From Eledone cirrhosa (Eukaryota), in contig OZ024743.1 in the NCBI GenBank assembly GCA_964016885.1, positions 346,084,001-346,148,000 of the forward strand: a DNA stretch of 64,000 bases, written 5' to 3'. The position numbers and the translations under genes were made by a program. The notes under the pieces were generated by a model, which was given only the letters and a program-made list of their open reading frames with translations, was not told the DNA's origin and did not search any database. Shown here in pieces: positions 51,581 to 64,000 of the stretch (its first letter is position 1; each line of letters begins with the position of its first letter).

Positions 51581-52740
51581 GGGGATTTCTTTCTTCGTTT
51601 CTGTGCCTTTCCTTTCTTCTATCCTACGCCATTTTGTTTGTGTGTGGGTTGCGTGCTCAGTTTGCGCATGCGCCACATCCGGGTGTCTGTGTGTGTTTGT
51701 GTTCATTTTTCTATTTTTCTATTTATATTTGTTTGTTTATTTATTTATTTATTGTTGGTTGGTTGTTTGTTCTATGTGTGTGTGTGTTTTCATTTTGTGT
51801 GTGTTTTCAATTGTAAGTTGTTTATATATGTGTGTGTGTGTTTTCATTTTGTCCTTAATTGTAAGTTGTGATGTTGCTGTTCCACTCATATTTTCTATTT
51901 AATTTTGGTTTTAATTCTTTTATGCTTACTGCCTCTGTAATTTGCCTAAACATTGCGTCTTTCTTGTGTGTGGATTCTATTTTTATTTCTATGCTCTCTA
52001 ATTTACCCCTGTGTTCTATCTTAGCATGTTGGTAGAGCACAATATTAGCAAGACATACCCGTTCCAAAGACCCTCATGTATAGATAAGAAATGTATAACC
52101 TGTAAAATAAGCCCCCATATTAACTGTAAAACTAGAAATGTAGTATATAGCATAAGATGTACTGAGGGACAATGTAGAAACAAAAACAAAAATATAGTGT
52201 ACATAGGTGAGACAGCTCGTAGTATAGGGGAACGAATAAATGAACACTGGCGAGACCTCCAAGATAGTAAAGAATCATCTGTGCTCTACCAACATGCTAA
52301 GATAGAACACAGGGGTAAATTAGAGAGCATAGAAATAAAAATAGAATCCACACACAAGAAAGACGCAATGTTTAGGCAAATTACAGAGGCAGTAAGCATA
52401 AAAGAATTAAAACCAAAATTAAATAGAAAATATGAGTGGAACAGCAACATCACAACTTACAATTAAGGACAAAATGAAAACACACACACACATATATAAA
52501 CAACTTACAATTGAAAACACACACAAAATGAAAACACACACACACATAGAACAAACAACCAACCAACAATAAATAAATAAATAAACAAACAAATATAAAT
52601 AGAAAAATAGAAAAATGAACACAAACACACACAGACACCCGGATGTGGCGCATGCGCAAACTGAGCACGCAACCCACACACAAACAAAATGGCGTAGGAT
52701 AGAAGAAAGGAAAGGCACAGAAACGAAGAAAGAAATCCCC

Positions 52741-52785
52741 AGTCACTGAAGAGGTCACAGAGTGTGTGACGAAAGAACTATGACT
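52741..52785 (+). ncRNA. Minimal hammerhead ribozyme in the inverted pLTR of family A
   Basis: Identical motif on the plus strand. Confidence 0.8.
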
Positions 52786-52998
52786 ATATATATATAAACA
52801 ACTATCTGGTTGTGGAACCAACCAACCAACCAGAAATTTATAAATTTGTAAATTTATAAATATATATTAAATTAAATTGAAGTGAAAGCAACTGGTGCGT
52901 GTGTTTCTTATTGGCAACATGACCCTCCCAAAGTATAACAATATCGGTTTCAACACACGATTTCAGATAAAGAATCTTGCTAAACAAATTCAGAAACG

Positions 52999-53045
<47 letters not shown>

Positions 53046-53066
53046 TATATATACATATATATACAT

Positions 53067-53099
<33 letters not shown>

Positions 53100-53160
53100 C
53101 ACATATATATATACATATATATACATACACACACATACACACAAAAATATATATATATAT

Positions 53161-54026
53161 ATGGGCCCACATCACCAACACCACCACCTTCCACGGTCCC
53201 AACGGCCACCCTCTCTCGGTCCGGCATGCCTTCCGCTACACCTCCTCCAACCTAGTCTACGGACTTCGTTGCACGGAGTGCAGCGCGACTTATGTCGGAC
53301 AGACGGGACGTCGCCTGGCGGACCGAGTCACGGAGCACCGCCGGGACATTCGTCTCGGGGGCAGTTCCCCCATCGCCCGCCAATTTGGTGGCCCTGGACA
53401 CTCCGCACGCCATCTCACAGTCTGTAGCCTACTCCAGTGCCACGGAACACCCGCCCATCGCCTTACGGTCGAACAACGCACTATCTTCATCTTACAGACC
53501 CACACTCCGCCCGGCCTGAACTCCCCACCCTTATTCCTTTAGCGTTCGACCGCCCCCTCCCCCCACACTTATCCCCACTAACACCACTAACACACCCCTC
53601 CTTTTCACCGCCCACCCCACACTAACAATACTAACACCTCCACTCCACCCCTAATCTGACCACCCTTCCCCAACTAACCTACTAACCTCCCTTCCCTCCC
53701 CTCTTCTCCTCCTCCCCCTCCTTATCACACGCACACACGCACCCACTTACACCACCCACCCCACACGCAACTAACATCACTAACACCCTCCAACCCCACG
53801 CACACGTACCCACACACCCTCGTACACCACCAACTCTACACACCCTACCCCCACTAACCCCCACTCACACCTGCATTCCACCCCTCCCCACCTCCCGTAT
53901 ACTAACACCCACTAACACCTCTTCACCAAACTACACACACACCAGTACACCACACTCCCTCCATAGAACCACACACACCCTTCTCTCCCCGCTCCACACT
54001 CACTCATCCCACTAACACCCCTACTA

Positions 54027-54065
<39 letters not shown>

Positions 54066-55026
54066 CCTCACTCCAACTCTCACACCTACCCATCCTCGCC
54101 TCCCTACCATTCCGCCGACTGCTGCTATGCCCTTCCGACCACTATCTCAGCACCAACTAACCACAGCACTTCCACTGCTGACCACTTCCTGTTGCGCGCG
54201 CACCCCACATCTCTCCTCTTCCGACCACCGCTTCTTGGATTACCCACACGCGTTATTGACTTCTAACCAAAATCTCCATACATCCGTGTAACTTACCAAC
54301 TTTTCAACCATCCTCTTACACCATCACCTATATATCTCACCCACACACACACCCCCAAAACATTTTTTTTATCCACACGCCACCCACACCCACAACACGC
54401 TTAAACCACACACACGTGCTTCCCACCACATATTTACACCCTCAGCCCCCTGATTCCTCTCCCCCCACCCCCCTATCCACACACGCACAGACCCTCCAAC
54501 CCACAAAAACACCCCCCACACACACCTTCCTGAACATGCAACCCCGTTCTTCCCCCAACCCTCACTTTCACATACACACACACACACACACACACGCACA
54601 CCTAACCACACACACCAACTTCAGCCCTCCCCGCTCGGACACCCCGTCTCCCTCTCCCCACTCCACCCGCCACCACCCCTACTCACCCCACACCCTTCCA
54701 CCACCTGTTTACCCCCCTTTTAATTTCAGTTTATGTTGATCATGCCTTTATTTTTAAATTTTCTCATTCCTTGTATTTTGATCATGCTTTATTTTTATTT
54801 ATTATTTATTATATTTTTGTCTTTATTTGTTAATTTTTCATTCGCACCATTTCCTTTCGCTATATGTCTCTCCACCACTCCCCTACACACCTTTTGAACT
54901 CTCACCTGAAGAAGGGCTTATGCCCGAAACGCCGTCCCCCACCTACCCCCCCCCCCACTCTCCTGAGCGTGAATTTAATAAACATTTATCGTACTGCCTC
55001 TCTGTTCTGTCCCTGTTCAATTTTTC

Positions 55027-55030
<4 letters not shown>
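53161..55030 (+). mobile_element. 5'-truncated Neptune-like PLE: GIY-YIG domain (53161-53542), long C/A-rich 3' UTR, HHR, AATAAA
   Basis: [36 protein letters not shown]...PIARQF...H...[18 protein letters not shown]; AATAAA at 54977; (TA)n on both sides. Confidence 0.85.
54906..54936 (+). ncRNA. Hammerhead core motif (stem I not adjacent)
   Basis: CTGAAGA-A-GGGC TTAT GCCC-GAAA-CGCCG-TC. Confidence 0.6.
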
Positions 55031-55069
<39 letters not shown>

Positions 55070-55635
55070 TATGAAGAGAGAAGAAACATTTAGATATAAT
55101 TAGTAATAAAATGTATCATACCTAAACTGCTCCTAAATTCCTCGACTACGTAGTTTCGTGGCATAAACAAAAACAATATATCAAAGATATAGAGTCCCTG
55201 CGAGGTCTGCCGACTTATCAAGAGGATACCTCATTTTACTAGTCTCAAGAACGCGTCTACACGACGTGAGAAAGAATCCCAAAAGGCGGAGGGGGAGATA
55301 GTCACGCGATATAACGGTCGAGAAACAGAGCTAAGCCTCTTATAACCACGAAGAAAATACCACGGAGGCGGAGGGGGTATTCATATCGAGGCCGCAGAAG
55401 AGGTGGTGAAGAAGGCTAGAAGTATGAGTAATGGAAGCTTTCCAGTTGTCCCCACACTTCAAAGATTGCTCGACCAGAGGGAGTTATTAACAATATATTT
55501 AGAAACACACATATACATGCGGACACACACATATATACATGAATGCATCCGCACCCAACTGTGAGTTAAGGGTGCCAACTTCACCGATGTTGCTCAATGT
55601 TGGGTGCATTCATGTATCTGTGTGTTTCTAAATAT

Positions 55636-55640
<5 letters not shown>
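55070..55640. mobile_element. (TA)n-flanked fragment with terminal inverted duplication; possible PLE remnant
   Basis: 55490-55559 vs 55599-55640 are inverted; PCEVCRLIKRIPHFTS resembles the CxxC preceding PLE GIY-YIG domains. Confidence 0.35.
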
Positions 55641-55671
<31 letters not shown>

Positions 55672-55674
<3 letters not shown>

Positions 55675-58137
55675 GTTTTGCGACGTTTTTTATATGAAAT
55701 CGTGTGTCGAAACAAATATTGTTATACTTGGGGAGGGTCATATTTGTGTAATATTGCCAGAATTAATAACAGAACACACTCACTGTTTGGTTGGTTTTCG
55801 CTTCTCGCTGTCTTTTATATCGGTAATCTAACATACTCGGTCCTCAATATTGCCATTGACTGACCGACGGTCAAAAATAATACAGATACAATATAGACAC
55901 AAACACATATATATAGTTTATCATAAATCTTTCGTTGCACATCTGCAACATCGTCAGTGGTGTTATATTTTCCTCCTGTTGTGTTGTATGTCTACGCCAT
56001 TTTTTATTCAGTCTGTCTATATATTTATTTATTTATTTGCTTGTTTATTTATTTTATTTTGTCTTCTTTGCGCATGCGTTTGCGTGTGTGTATAGTGTTA
56101 TGTTTGCTGTGTGATGGGTGACTAGTGTGTGTTTATGTGCTTGTTGTTATTGTGCTTGTGTATGTATTTATTTATCTTATTTTATTTACATATTTATACT
56201 TCTCTTAGGTCAGTGTTGTTTGTTTGGGTGTTGTTGTTATTCCATTCATTCTTTCTGTTTAGCTTTGGTCTTCTAATTTCTATTTCACTGGCCTCTCTGA
56301 TTTGCCTATCTGCTGGGTCATTTCTATGTTTAGATATTATTCTAATTTCTATGTTGTCTATGTTACCGTCATGTTGTTGTCTAGCATGTTCGTATAGTAC
56401 TCACCCGTTTTTTCGTCCTTTTAGTTTCCCCCAGTGTTGGTCTATCCTTTCACCTATGCTACGTGCTGTCTCACCTATGTATGTTGTTGTCATGTTTCTG
56501 CAAGTACCCTCTGTACATCTTATGCTATAGACTACGTTTCTAGTTTTACAGTTTATCCGGGGGTTCACCTTACATATGATACATTTCCTATTGGTACAAT
56601 GGGTTTTCTTAAAAGGGTAGGTTTTGCTGATCAGGGATTTTATGGTGGTTCCTGGCTTTTCTACCACCTTTATTTTTAAGTGGGTCTTTCTCAGGGCCTT
56701 TCTACACTTGTTAGCTAATTTCCCTCCAGTGGTGGCGTCCACAAACATGACACTCTGGTATCTCTGGTTGTCGTACCATGATGTGGCTTTCCCTATCTTA
56801 TGTCTAGCCCTATCTAAGCTATTCCATGATTTGCTCCTGTATAATGGGCAAATTCCTTTCATGTCCAGTTCTATGAGGGTCTTATACTTTTCCATGGCTC
56901 CTTCGTATACTCTGACTCTGTCTCTTTGGTTGTAGCCAGAGAACTGCATGCGGTTGATGAAGTGTTGGATGTGTCTTTCCATTTCTGTTGGGTCGCACAT
57001 GCGGGACACATTCTTCATCACTCGTACCAAATCTGCGATCAGAATATTAAACTTAACACTACTGGACATTGCTGAGTTTTTGAGTATCAGGTATTTGGAG
57101 GCCATGGGTTTAGCATAGTGTGAGTGGATAATTTGGGCTCTCTCGTCTATAGTGTTAATCCAGAGTTCTGTGTCTAATACAGGTAGTCTATTGTTAGGGT
57201 GTTTGGAAGGGAAGTCGATAGTTACAGTTATACTCTGGTGAATGGAATTAGCTATCTGCTGGATGCTTTCCATCGTGCTACGTTCTAAATCAAACTTGTT
57301 AGTGCTCTCTAGTAGGGGTGTTCTTATAACTATATTGATATCGTCTACATAACGAGAGTACATGATGAGGTCCATGGAGCTTTCATTAAGGAGATCTTTA
57401 AGTCTCCTTTCCTACCATACCATGAAAAGTTTGGCAACATCACCAGCTATGCTGACGCCGATGGCTGCTCCCTCATTTTGGGTGTAGATTTTCTCATTGA
57501 ACTTAAATATGTGGCCCTTTAGGGTAGTTTTGATACTAGCCCCTATTGCATGTGCGACCATTTTTCTTACCTGATCATCGTTTTGGGGGGTCCGTATAGC
57601 TTTGGTCCACCCAATCCACCTTCCCATGGGAGTCTTTTTTGTCATTGAGGTTATGGTGGGGGGTCTACCTCTTATAGGTCTACTAGGGCAGAAACATCTA
57701 AGGTCATGGCTGTCTAGGTAGTCAGTGTCGTAGGTAAGTCTAAGTAGGAGGCCCAGTTCGTCTGTGTCGACGTCGCAGAACTCCACCTCACTCTCAATGA
57801 TTATCTCCACACATCTTTTCATAGCAAAATCAATGTTAATGGATGGGTACAGTGACACCACATCCATGCTGCCTATTATGCAGTTGGATAGGCTCCTGTT
57901 TTTGTTGCACTCACTGATTCTGCTGAGGAGGTCCTCTGTACTGTCACATACATCTGGGGACATCTTGATTATGGGGCGTATAACCATAGTCAGTCAATGG
58001 CAACATTGAGGACCGAGTAAGTTAGATTACCGATATAAAAGACAGCGAGAAGCGAAAACCAACCAAACAGTGAGTGTGTTCTGTTATTAATTCTGGCAAT
58101 ATTACACAAATATGACCCTCCCCAAGTATAACAATAT
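55672..58137 (-). mobile_element. 5'-truncated PLE family B with head-to-head inverted pLTR piece (57989-58137); HHR at 55919-55962
   Basis: pLTR shared with 9241; the inverted piece ends AAGTATAACAATAT into (TA)n. Confidence 0.9.
56194..57987 (-). pseudogene. PLE RT plus GIY-YIG, frameshifted (near 57400 and 56400)
   Basis: SMDVVSLYPSI, QNEGAAIG, RYVDD, NVVYSIRC..YIGETARS; clearly homologous to the family A ORF. Confidence 0.9.
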
Positions 58138-58150
58138 ATATATATATATA

Positions 58151-58948
58151 GGGATGAAAAATGGCATGCTGCGTTGTTGCGAATGTGATACATATAAATT
58201 AAAAAATAGACCAAGAAACCAGGACTATCCGGCATCAGTGATCTTCTGGCCATCATCGGTATTTCTTCGCATTAAAGACCAGATAACTCAAGTCAGCGCG
58301 AACAATAACTAAAATAAGTTATTGGGATAAAAAGAATTGGGTGGAGAAAGAGAGACATGTAAAGAAACAAAAATGGTAAAGCAACGTAAAGAGAGGAAAA
58401 TGAGAAAACAAGTCAGTGATACATGTGAACTTAAGTTCTATCAAATCATTGACGAGAAGACAAAGGACGCGTCCGAACCCTGCGAGATGTAAGTGAGAAA
58501 AAGATTTCACACAGGTCAGACGGGAGGAAGTGAGAGAAGGGTAGTAGCAGAGAGTGAGTGAGTGAAAGTGTTAGGAAGTGGCCAGCCGAGAGAGGGCGAC
58601 CAGCAGATGGGGTGAATGAAAGTAAGAGGTACAAGGAGAGAGAAGGGCGAAAGAGAAAGAGGATAGCAGTAAGGGAATAGAAAAAAGACAGGTCACAGCG
58701 AAGGGAAAAAATATAGGAATAAAAAATGGCGTGCTTCGTTGTGGCGAATGTGATACATATGAATTAAAAAATAGAGCAAGAAATCAGGACTATCCGTCAT
58801 CCAATTTTTTTATCCCAATAACTTATTTTAGCTATTGTTCGCGCTGGCTTGAGGTATCTGGTCTTTAAAGCGAAGAAATACCGATGATGGCCAGAAGATC
58901 ACTGATGACGGATAGTCCTGGTTTCTTGGTCTATTTTTTAATTCATAT
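58151..58948. mobile_element. Non-coding element with ~565-bp tandem unit plus inverted copy (PLE-like architecture)
   Basis: 58157-58236 is repeated directly at 58722-58801; 58806-58948 is an inverted copy of 58191-58333. Confidence 0.6.
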
Positions 58949-58961
58949 AATACGTACATAC

Positions 58962-59059
<98 letters not shown>

Positions 59060-59201
59060 GTATGTATGTATTATGTGTTTCTCTGTGTGTGCATATTCGA
59101 TTGGTATAACAAACTTTTCAAATACAAAATCTTTAAAGAAAAGTTTTTTTCACAAATTATTTGTGCTGTTCGAATATATATGAAATTTCTGTCAAAGTTT
59201 T

Positions 59202-59256
<55 letters not shown>

Positions 59257-59525
59257 TCTTTATGAAGGTGCGATGGGGCAGGTGCAAGTGGTGTTCAACA
59301 GGTCAGGATTCAATCATATTCTCTTCATTAAAAATATAAAATGCTCTGACCATTCATAATAATGATCCTGGTGGCATTTTTGATGCGTGTGCGTTTTGTA
59401 GGTTTTAATTTGGGGTTCAATCGTGTCGAACGTTCAGTGTTTGTGGTTTGTGAAAGAAGCTAAAAAATTATCATATTAACCTTCAGAGAAATCGGTTACT
59501 TATATGATCATGCGTGCATATATAC

Positions 59526-59664
<139 letters not shown>

Positions 59665-60099
59665 TGTGTGTCTGTGTGTATGCGTGTGTGTGTATGTGTA
59701 TGTATGTATAAACGAACATATGTTATATACTGCGTTGAGCTTAGGATCATTAGATCGTTAATGCATGCGCCATCTGATAACCTTCTATATAGCTCGAAAT
59801 ATTTACATGCCACCATATAAACAACCATCCATTCATCCATCCTTACATACAAACATGCGAACATACATACATATATGCCTACAATAAATTCAGAAGAATA
59901 TATAGAATAATGTATAATATCCTTTCATATGAATTAGTAAAATTGAATTATCCAATCTACCCTATATATTGAGTGAATTGATGATATTACTACTTACACA
60001 TTCTACATATAATTACTGTAAAAAATGAATAATCTTACGCTAGACAAACATGGAAATGTGTCTATATCTAGAGGCACATAATTTAATATATATATATAT

Positions 60100-60358
60100 C
60101 TAAAGTCTAAAGTCTGTCTTAAGCCAGAGGGCTCATTTGGCCAGCGTTTACCCCGGTTTCATGGCATGAAGCGACTGAGAATACAAGACTCCCTGGATAG
60201 GATGCTAGTCCATCGCATTGCTGGTACTGATTTTCAGCTGAGTTTACTGGATCAACGGGAAGTGAAGTGTTTTGCTCAAGAACTCAACACGCAACCCAGG
60301 ATTCGAACCGACAACATTATGATAGTAACTCTAATACACTTACCAATAGGCCACGTGC
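60100..60358 (-). mobile_element. CORE-type SINE
   Basis: Homologous to 42222-42478; AAGTGTTTTGCTCAAGAACTCAAC...GGATTCGAACC; (AAAGTCT)n tail. Confidence 0.7.
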
Positions 60359-60902
60359 ATCCACAATATTTATATATGTATGTGTATGTGTGTGTGAGTA
60401 TTTAAGATCTTGGGCCAAACGATTTTAAATATATTTAAAATATCAACATTATATATAAACTTATATAAGTTATCGAGAGAACTTCCAAGTGATTGCTCAA
60501 AATATCAACAGTGCATCTTTCACATGACAATCTAATGTTTTAAATAAGACATTAAATTAAACACACACTGAGAAACTATATCTCAAATAATTACAGGATG
60601 ATTAATTCAGGAACACCTTCTTTTAAAATGTTTGCAGAACACCAGACCGAAATCAGAGGAGTTTATAATATTTTTAAATGTATGTAAGCGTCAATGTTAC
60701 GATAACTTGAGTGAAAGTAAATGATAAGTCCAAGTCCCCTTCATTTTTTGTTTCCTGTTGTATAAGTTATGGTAGATACTGCTTAACATTTATATCGTTT
60801 GTCCGTAAGACAGGTAATTTATTTCATCATCTCTAGGATGATAAAATGTAAAGTGGCCCGTAACAGAAACAGAACACAAGATTTAAATGGCTTTAACTAA
60901 AT

Positions 60903-61290
60903 AATTGTTTCTACTTTTGGCACAAGGCCAGCAATTACCCAGTGCATTACTGGTACATTATTTTATCGACCCCGTAAGTATGAAAGGCAAAGTTAACCTC
61001 GGCGGGATTTGAACACAGATCATAAAGGGGCGTAATTCTATGCTGCAAAGCATGCCGTCCGACCATCTACCGATACTGCCAATCCACCGCCCGTACCATT
61101 AACTAAATAATTGTTTCTACTTAAGGCACAAGGCCAGCAATTACCCAGTGCATTACTGGTACTTTATTTTATCGACCCCGTAGGATGAAAGGCAAAGTCA
61201 ACCTCGGCGGGATTTGAACTCAGATCGTAAAGGGACGTAACTATGTTGGAAAGCATGGCGTCCGACCCCCTACCGATACTGCCAATCCAC
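60903..61290 (-). mobile_element. Two tandem SINE family 1 copies (60903-61092 and 61110-61290)
   Basis: Reverse complements of the 16947 copy; TTAACTAAATAATTGTTTCTACTT is repeated at both 3' ends. Confidence 0.85.
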
Positions 61291-61774
61291 ATTTATGTCA
61301 ATACTTCAGTGCTGCTTCCAAAGCTATACTTTTACAAAATCATCGGCTTTTTCCAAAAGGGGGTTCCTGCCCCCAGGGGTCCCCTACTCAATATGTGCCA
61401 ATTCTGAGAGTTCACATTCATCTGTAGAACAAACGTAGCCCATGTGTCAAGTTTTGTGAAAATCGGTTGCGAACCCCAGAAGTAATGACGTTTGGTTGCA
61501 TTGCACTGCAGTGCTTCAGTGGACTCCAAGGAAGTGGTTAAAGGGGGTTATCTGCCGGGAGGCTTATAATCAATATCTTGAAAAATGAAAGTGCCCATGG
61601 CCACCCGAAGTACATAAATAACCTATGTCTTAAGTTTGGTGAAAATGCTGTAAAACATGCACGCGTGTGTGTGTGTGTGTGTATTTCTGTGTGCGTATGT
61701 ATATGTATGTGTATGTCCGTCGGCGCATACGTATGTACTGGCCTAAATCTTCACTATTTACTTTTACTATTTTA

Positions 61775-61892
61775 AGGCAAAGTTAAAATCCCGTCGAGGT
61801 TAACTTTGCCTTTCATCATCACGGGATCGATAAAATAAAGTACCTGTAATGTACTGGGTATTTGCTGGCCTTGTGCCAAAAATAGAAACAAC
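61775..61892 (+). mobile_element. 5'-truncated SINE family 1 with short 5' inversion
   Basis: AAGGCAAAGTTAA is inverted relative to the following TTAACTTTGCCTT. Confidence 0.7.
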
Positions 61893-62367
61893 TATTTTAA
61901 TAACCTCTGTCATTGTCATTTACAATTTTATTTACATCATTCTTAAACTCCGGGGCTGGAAATTATTCGGTTATTTTAAATAGAATATTAGTCTAACGAC
62001 TGCATTAACACCATAAACATGGTCTTGTCTTTGCATGAAATTGTTCTTCTCGGTCCACATAACGACGTATTATCCTCGCTTTTTTTTCGTTCATTACCAG
62101 GGAACGTCTTCACGAACCAAAATATCGTCTTCCTGTTTTCCTTCGGTTGCAACGTTTCTCGAAATATTTAATTCTGCGTTCACAGATTGAATTTATTAGT
62201 TTAAGAAGATCCCGTTAATGTTGAAAGCAGCGATTCTTTGCTTAAACTTTCTTTCTTTCTCAACCCTTCTCCCTTTTTTCTCATATCGTCTCTCTCTCTT
62301 TCTCTCTCTCTCTCACTCATATCCCTATCTCTCACTTCCTCTACAGAATGGAGAACAAAAAAGAACG

Positions 62368-62449
<82 letters not shown>

Positions 62450-62539
62450 TATCTTGTACCTCTCTCTGTATAACGACATATCTCACTCTTTCTCTACATC
62501 TCCCTTTCTCTCTTTAGATGTATATGTATATGTACGTAT

Positions 62540-62644
<105 letters not shown>

Positions 62645-63189
62645 TAATATATATATAGAGAGAGAGAGAGAGTTGCAACCTGTATGTAGTTTCATAGATT
62701 TTTGAGGGTAGTGAGAATGAAAATATAAACAGAGCATATAAATAAATTTACAATAGAATAACATAACAAATATATTTTAAATATATACATAAATAACATT
62801 ACAAATGCCTCGGTATCACTACAAAGGATGATACAATGAAAGATATATTCCTTCAATGCTACAATATTAAAGAAAATGTAAAGGAAGAGTTGAACAAGGA
62901 CAGCAACGTCGCGTGTGCTGGGCAACCTCTCTAATGATTTTTGAGGCAAGCCAGCATACTCGCAACGTTGTCTCGGGTGATGGCGAGGCTGATGCTCTGA
63001 AATATTGTTTTAAAAGACCTTTTAATGGAAATTAAGCAAACTGGGGGCTTAATGTTGAAACTTCGTACTCATGAATTTTGCAGGTTAAAACTGTTCGCGT
63101 ATTTTTGTACGTTTGCACATTTATTCGTAACGTAAATAGATAAACAAATGACGCCCTAAAAGGGAAATAACTCGTCTCTCATCTCTATT

Positions 63190-63403
63190 TACACATTTGA
63201 ACTGAAAAATCAATACATTACAAATTCTATTTTTGCACTTGGCGTGGGTCAATTTGAAAATGATTTTGCCCGATATCCCCGCCGGACCTTCATCTATAAG
63301 TGTAGTAAATTCACCGAAATTTGAACGTACGGTTTAGGAGGAGATGTGTGCCGACTGTTTTAGTAGACAGACAGACATACAACCTCAGTTTATTTATATA
63401 GAT
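63190..63403 (+). mobile_element. Possible Helentron-associated non-autonomous element end
   Basis: AAATTTGAA..GGTTTAGGAGGAGAT..(AGAC)n..TTTATTTATATAGAT terminus resembles HINE/DINE-type ends; related motifs at ~61440-61640. Confidence 0.35.
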
Positions 63404-63747
63404 AAGACTACATTGCGTATAAGACTACACAGAGTTTCATTTTGTCTTAGGATTGTAAATTGTGCGATATTTATAGCAGGTCCACAGATCTTAGTGGGGG
63501 TGCCTCACAGTCATTGTACACGTCTATTTTGTCCTTTGGAAAATCACGTGAATGAGCTAAGTCTTGCATTTATGAAGATATATATTACGAATCAGAATAA
63601 CCCACAGAAATAAAATATGCACAAACTCCAACACATACAAACACTTAAACGTAAGTCTTATACCTGGAGGTAAACATGGCTAGACAAACATATAACCTAA
63701 ACACGAACATACACACACAAAAACACATCTGTAAATACACATGAATG

Positions 63748-63780
<33 letters not shown>

Positions 63781-64000
63781 GTATTGTGTGTATGTGTATA
63801 TGTATTCTACGTAAACAAAAAATACAGTAAACACAACAGAACCAATAGCTAGAATGACAAAACTAAAGGCAACTTACAGCTGTGTAAGCAAATAAATAGA
63901 GGAATTGGCAGAGAAATTTTCTATTTTCTCACATCTTAAAACTAATATGTGTGTCTCTCTCCTTGTACACGAACACACAATCATCATACCCTTAGTAAAT

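Overview
AT-rich eukaryotic non-genic DNA saturated with (TA)n/(CA)n microsatellites. The SINE content suggests a cephalopod such as Octopus (inference). No host protein-coding gene is recognisable, and nearly all short ORFs in the track are microsatellite artefacts. The window is dominated by Penelope-like retroelements (PLEs) inserted in (TA)n tracts: one intact, very young 4265-bp-unit element (RT plus C-terminal GIY-YIG ORF, 47590-51402, minus strand), a frameshifted relative, several GIY-YIG/RT fragments and many non-coding terminal fragments. Reading both strands by eye reveals type I hammerhead ribozyme (HHR) motifs in about 10 or more sequence-distinct families. These include forms with very long stem II, U3-A8 core variants and family-specific palindromic stem III loops, plus an ORF-less ~446-bp HHR-delimited tandem unit that looks like a retrozyme. 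Many insertions share one architecture: two copies joined head-to-head with both 3' ends pointing outward into (TA)n. Also present are tRNA-derived SINEs of three kinds, decayed RTE and R4/Dong LINEs, a Chapaev3-like transposase pseudogene and a rearranged mariner. All structures were inferred by manual inspection and boundaries are approximate.
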